A stretch of DNA of 64,000 bases, from the NCBI RefSeq assembly GCF_963921235.1, contig NC_086101.1, positions 2,792,001 to 2,856,000 of the forward strand, given 5' to 3'. This document shows, in pieces, positions 60,240 to 64,000 of the stretch (positions within the stretch are counted from its first letter, which is position 1; each line of letters begins with the position of its first letter). Below the pieces are notes generated by a model. It was not told where the DNA came from and did not search any database. It saw nothing but the letters and a program-made list of their open reading frames with translations. A program made the position numbers and the translations under genes. This DNA is from Mobula hypostoma. Lineage: Eukaryota.

Positions 60240-61845
60240 TGAAACCCAGTACAGACCCAGAAGGAAACAGGGCAATATCGGGTATGTACACGATGGGAAA
60301 CAGGGCAATATCGGGTATGTACACGATGGGAAACAGGGCAATATCGGGTGTGTACACGGTGGGAAACAGGGCAATATCGGGTGTGTACACGGTGGGAAAC
60401 AGGGCAATATCGGGTATGTACACGATGGGAAACAGGACAATATTGGGTACATACACAGTGGGAAACGGCAATATCGGGTATGTACACGATGGGAAACAGG
60501 ACAATATCGGGTATGTACACAATGGGAAACAGGACAATATCGAGTACATACACAGTGGGAAACAGGACAATATTGGGTATGTACACAGTGGGAAACAGGG
60601 CAATATCGGGTACGTACACGATGGGAAACAGGACAATACTGGGTACGTACACGATGGGAAACAGGGCAATATCGGGTACGTACACAATGGGAAACAGAGC
60701 AATATCGAGTACGTACACAATGGGAAACAGGACAATATTGGGTACAGACACAGTGGGAAACAGGACAATACTGGGTATGTACACAGTGGGAAACAGGACA
60801 ATATCGGGTACGTACACGATGGGAAACAGGACAATACTGGGTACGTACACGATGGGAAACAGGGCAATATCGGGTACGTACACAATGGGAAACAGAGCAA
60901 TATCGAGTACGTACACAATGGGAAACAGGACAATATTGGGTACAGACACAGTGGGAAACAGGACAATACTGGGTATGTACACAGTGGGAAACAGGACAAT
61001 ATCGGGTACGTACACAATGGGAAACAGAGCAATATCGAGTACGTACACAATGGGAAACAGGACAATATTGGGTACAGACACAGTGGGAAAAAGGACAATA
61101 CTGGGTATGTACACAGTGGGAAACAGGACAATATCGGGTACGTACACGATGGGAAACAGGACAATATTGGGTACAGACACTGTGGGAAACAGGACAATAC
61201 TGGGTATGTACACAGTGGGAAACAGGAACATCCCAGCACAGACACAGTGGGAAACAGGACAATATCGGGTACAGACACAGTAGGAAACAGGAACATCCCA
61301 GCACAGACACAGTGGGAAACAGGACAATATCGGGTACAGACACAGTGAGAACCAGAAAAATCCCAGCACAGACACAGTAGAAACCAGGAAAATCCCAGTA
61401 CAGACAAGAAGGAAACAGGACGATATCGGGTACAGACACAGTGGAAACCAGGAAAATCCCAGTACAAACACAGTGGGAGACAGGACAATCCTAGTACAGA
61501 CACAGAGGGGAAACAGAAAAATCCCAGTACAGACAGAGGGAAACAGGAAAATCCCAGTACAGAAACAGTGGGAAACAGAAAAATCCCAGTACAGACAGAG
61601 GAAAACAGGACAATCTCAGTACAGACGCAGTGGGAAACAGAAAAATTCCAGGACAGATGCAGCAGCAAATAGGAAAAGCCCAATACAAACTCTGTGGGAT
61701 CAGGAAAATCCCCAGTACATACACAATGGAAAACAGGAAAATCCCAGTGCAGACACAGTGGGAAACAGAAAAATCCCAGTACAAACAAAGAGGGTAACAG
61801 GAAAATCCCAGTACAGACACAGTGGGAAACCGGAAAATCCCAGGT
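60240..61845. repeat. 33-bp minisatellite grading into a roughly 32-bp variant, in a VPS52 intron
   Basis: GGGAAACAGGGCAATATCGGGTATGTACACGAT to about 61220, then variants of GGGAAACAGGAAAATCCCAGTACAGACACAGT. Confidence 0.95.
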
Positions 61846-62298
61846 AAAGTGGCAGTCATGTACTATTCATTCTTGGGCTGGGAATACTGAAACTGAGACT
61901 GGGAATGTTGGAGCAAGAAATCAGAAATTCTGAGCCACAGGGTGTCAGGGATGTTGGAGAACAGTCTGGATATATTGGGGAAAGGAGATCAGGAATGTGG
62001 GAGTACGCATCAGAATCGAAGAATAATCCACTATTTGTAGGCTGGGAATGTTGGGAGCATGGGAGCTAGGAACATTGGAACACACCCCCTCCCACACACA
62101 CCCCCCGCAGTTCCCATTCTAGGAATGCTACAAAATGTGCAGCTGGCCTCTCAGTTCACAGGCTGGCGATGCCAGATATTCAGGAGCACGCCAATGTCTG
62201 TAACCCCACGTTACCCGTGGCTGAGGTTAACCGCCAGGCATCAGATTGCAATCCTTGTCCTGGCCTGTCCAAAAACTGGATGAGGAGGGGTTACTCAC

Positions 62299-62364
62299 TT
62301 GAGTTCGAGCACCCAGAAGCTGCTGGAAACTCTCCACCTCCTTGCTGTCATCAGCCGCCCGCTC
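62299..62364 (-). CDS. VPS52: VPS52 exon (66 bp)
   Basis: GTCTCCAG|GAGCGG...ACTCAA|GTGAGT, encoding ERAADDSKEVESFQQLLGARTQ. Confidence 0.95.
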
Positions 62365-62559
62365 CTGGAGACAGAAATTCCAGGATAAGGAGCAGGTATC
62401 ATAGTGACTGGCATACTGACACATCCAGAGATGTACTGGATGTGGTTGTGTTACAGAAGCTGACACGCTAACCAGCTCCATTTCTTGCCCGTACTTCAAA
62501 CCCCTCCCAACGCCCTCTCACACCCATCGCCCAACCTTGTCTCTTACCCCCTCTCCGTG

Positions 62560-63062
62560 TGACCATAAGAGATAGGAGTATTCAGCCCATTGAGTCTGTT
62601 CTGCCATTTTATCATGTCTGATTTATTATCCCTCTCAGCCCCATTCTCCTGCCTTCTCCCCATAATCTTTGACTGCTTGACTGATCAGGAACCTGTCAAC
62701 CTCAGCTTTAAATACAGTCAATAACTTGGCCTCCACAGTTGTCTGTGACGATGAATTCCACAGATTCACTACCCTCTGGTTGAAGAAATTCTTCCTCTTC
62801 TCTGTTCTAAATGGACGTCCCTCTAGACTGAGGCTGTGCCCTCTGGTCCTAGATTCCCCCACTACAGGAAACATCCTCTTCACATCCACTCTATCTGGAC
62901 CTGTGAATATCCAACGGTTTCAATGAGACCCCCCGCTCATTTTTCTAAACTCCAGTGAATACAGGCCCAGAGCCATCAAAAGCTCCTCATACGTTAACCC
63001 TTACATTCCTGGGATCATTCTCATGCTCTCCAATGCCAGCCCATCTTTCTCGGATAAGGAGT
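62560..63062 (-). mobile_element. CR1-type LINE 3' fragment
   Basis: MFPVVGESRTRGHSL..FFNQRVVNLWNS. Confidence 0.85.
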
Positions 63063-63087
63063 CCAAAGGGGAGAGGATGGGACTCAC

Positions 63088-63195
63088 CATTAAGACGCCC
63101 AGCATCATGTCATAGTTGTTAATGAGGAAGATCAGCTGCTCCCTCCGAGACGCAAACTCCGCTGCCATCCGCAGCACAAAGTTCTCCACCTCCAC
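63088..63195 (-). CDS. VPS52: VPS52 exon (108 bp); the gene continues beyond the window
   Basis: GCCGCTCAG|GTGGAG...TTAATG|GTGAGT, encoding VEVENFVLRMAAEFASRREQLIFLINNYDMMLGVLM. Confidence 0.95.
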
Positions 63196-63227
63196 CTGAG
63201 CGGCCGAGGACAAACAGTGTCATTAGA

Positions 63228-63950
63228 GTCTGAATCAGAATCAGGTTTAACATCACCAGCGGTTGTCATGAAACTTGTCCTTTAGCAGCAGCAGTACAAT
63301 AACAAAAAAAAACATAATATAAGAAAAAATACATAAAAAGTAAATTAATACGTAGTGCAAAAAGACAGCAAAAACACGGGAGGTGGTGTTCATGTGTTCA
63401 TTGTCCACTCAGAAATCTGATGGTGAGGGGGAAGAAGCTGTCCTAAAATGCTGAGTGTGTGTCTTCAAGCTCCTTGATGGTAGCAATGAGAAGAGGGTAT
63501 GTCCTGGGTAATGGGAGTCTTCACTGATTGATGTCACCGTCTACTGAACATGCCCTTGGTGCCCATCAGGGAACTGGCTGAGTTTGCAACTTTTTGCAGC
63601 AGTTTCTGATCCAGTGCAGTGGCCCCTCTACACCAGACAGTGCTACAACCCGTTAGAACACTCTCCACCATACATCTGTAGACAGTTGTGAGAACATTTG
63701 GTAACATACCAATTCTTCTCAAACTCCTGATGAAATATCGCCACTGTTGTGCCTTCTTTGTAATTGCATCAATATGTTGGGCCCAGGACAGATGCTCAGA
63801 GATGTTGTCACCCAGGAACTTGAAACTGCTCACCCTCTCCACTGCCGACCCCCCGACAAGGTCCGGGGTGTGTTCCTGGACTTCCTCTTCCTGAAGTCCA
63901 CGGATTTCTTGGTGTTACTGAAGCTGAGTGTAAGGTTGTTGTTTTGACTG
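63228..63950 (-). mobile_element. Rex1-like LINE 3' fragment
   Basis: [31 protein letters not shown], with tail AATCAGAATCAGGTTTA near 63233. Confidence 0.85.
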
Positions 63951-64000
63951 ATCTATCTCACTCATTACTGCCCGTCTGTCACCCAGAAGGAGTGTGTGCG

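Noticed and set aside
60260..61230. Possible CRISPR-like array
   Set aside because: Head-to-tail repeats with no unique spacers, no cas genes and a eukaryotic intron context.
59878..61788. ORFs of 400-636 aa in all frames, one running into a VPS52 exon
   Set aside because: A 33-bp intronic array. The real exon begins at the acceptor at 60210 and joins 62299 in frame.

Overview
This is eukaryotic, repeat-rich vertebrate DNA. The CR1/HER1-type, Rex1-type, Penelope and V-SINE-like repeats point to a cartilaginous fish, probably a ray or skate (inference). Two host genes can be reconstructed with canonical GT-AG splice sites. (1) A + strand TRIM/B30.2 gene with coding exons 27868-29595, 36665-36760, 40540-40773, 42548-42570, 42662-42777 and 54857-55506 (2847 nt, 948 aa). 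It has a B-box, coiled coil and PRY-SPRY domain but no RING. Instead it carries about 530 aa of open, Glu/Arg/Gly-rich N-terminal sequence, and its stop codon and likely poly(A) signal come from a Rex1-like LINE. (2) The last five exons of VPS52 on the - strand (63195-57999), convergent with the TRIM gene, a pairing that suggests an MHC-type region. A decayed, inverted PRY-SPRY exon lies at about 19.7-20.2 kb. The rest is nested transposons (CR1, Rex1/Babar, RTE, L1, L2, R4/Dong, Penelope with minimal hammerhead ribozyme motifs, Tc1, three solo LTRs with target-site duplications, SINEs) and four large minisatellites with 44, 28, 24 and 33 bp units. All calls were made by eye and repeat boundaries are approximate.
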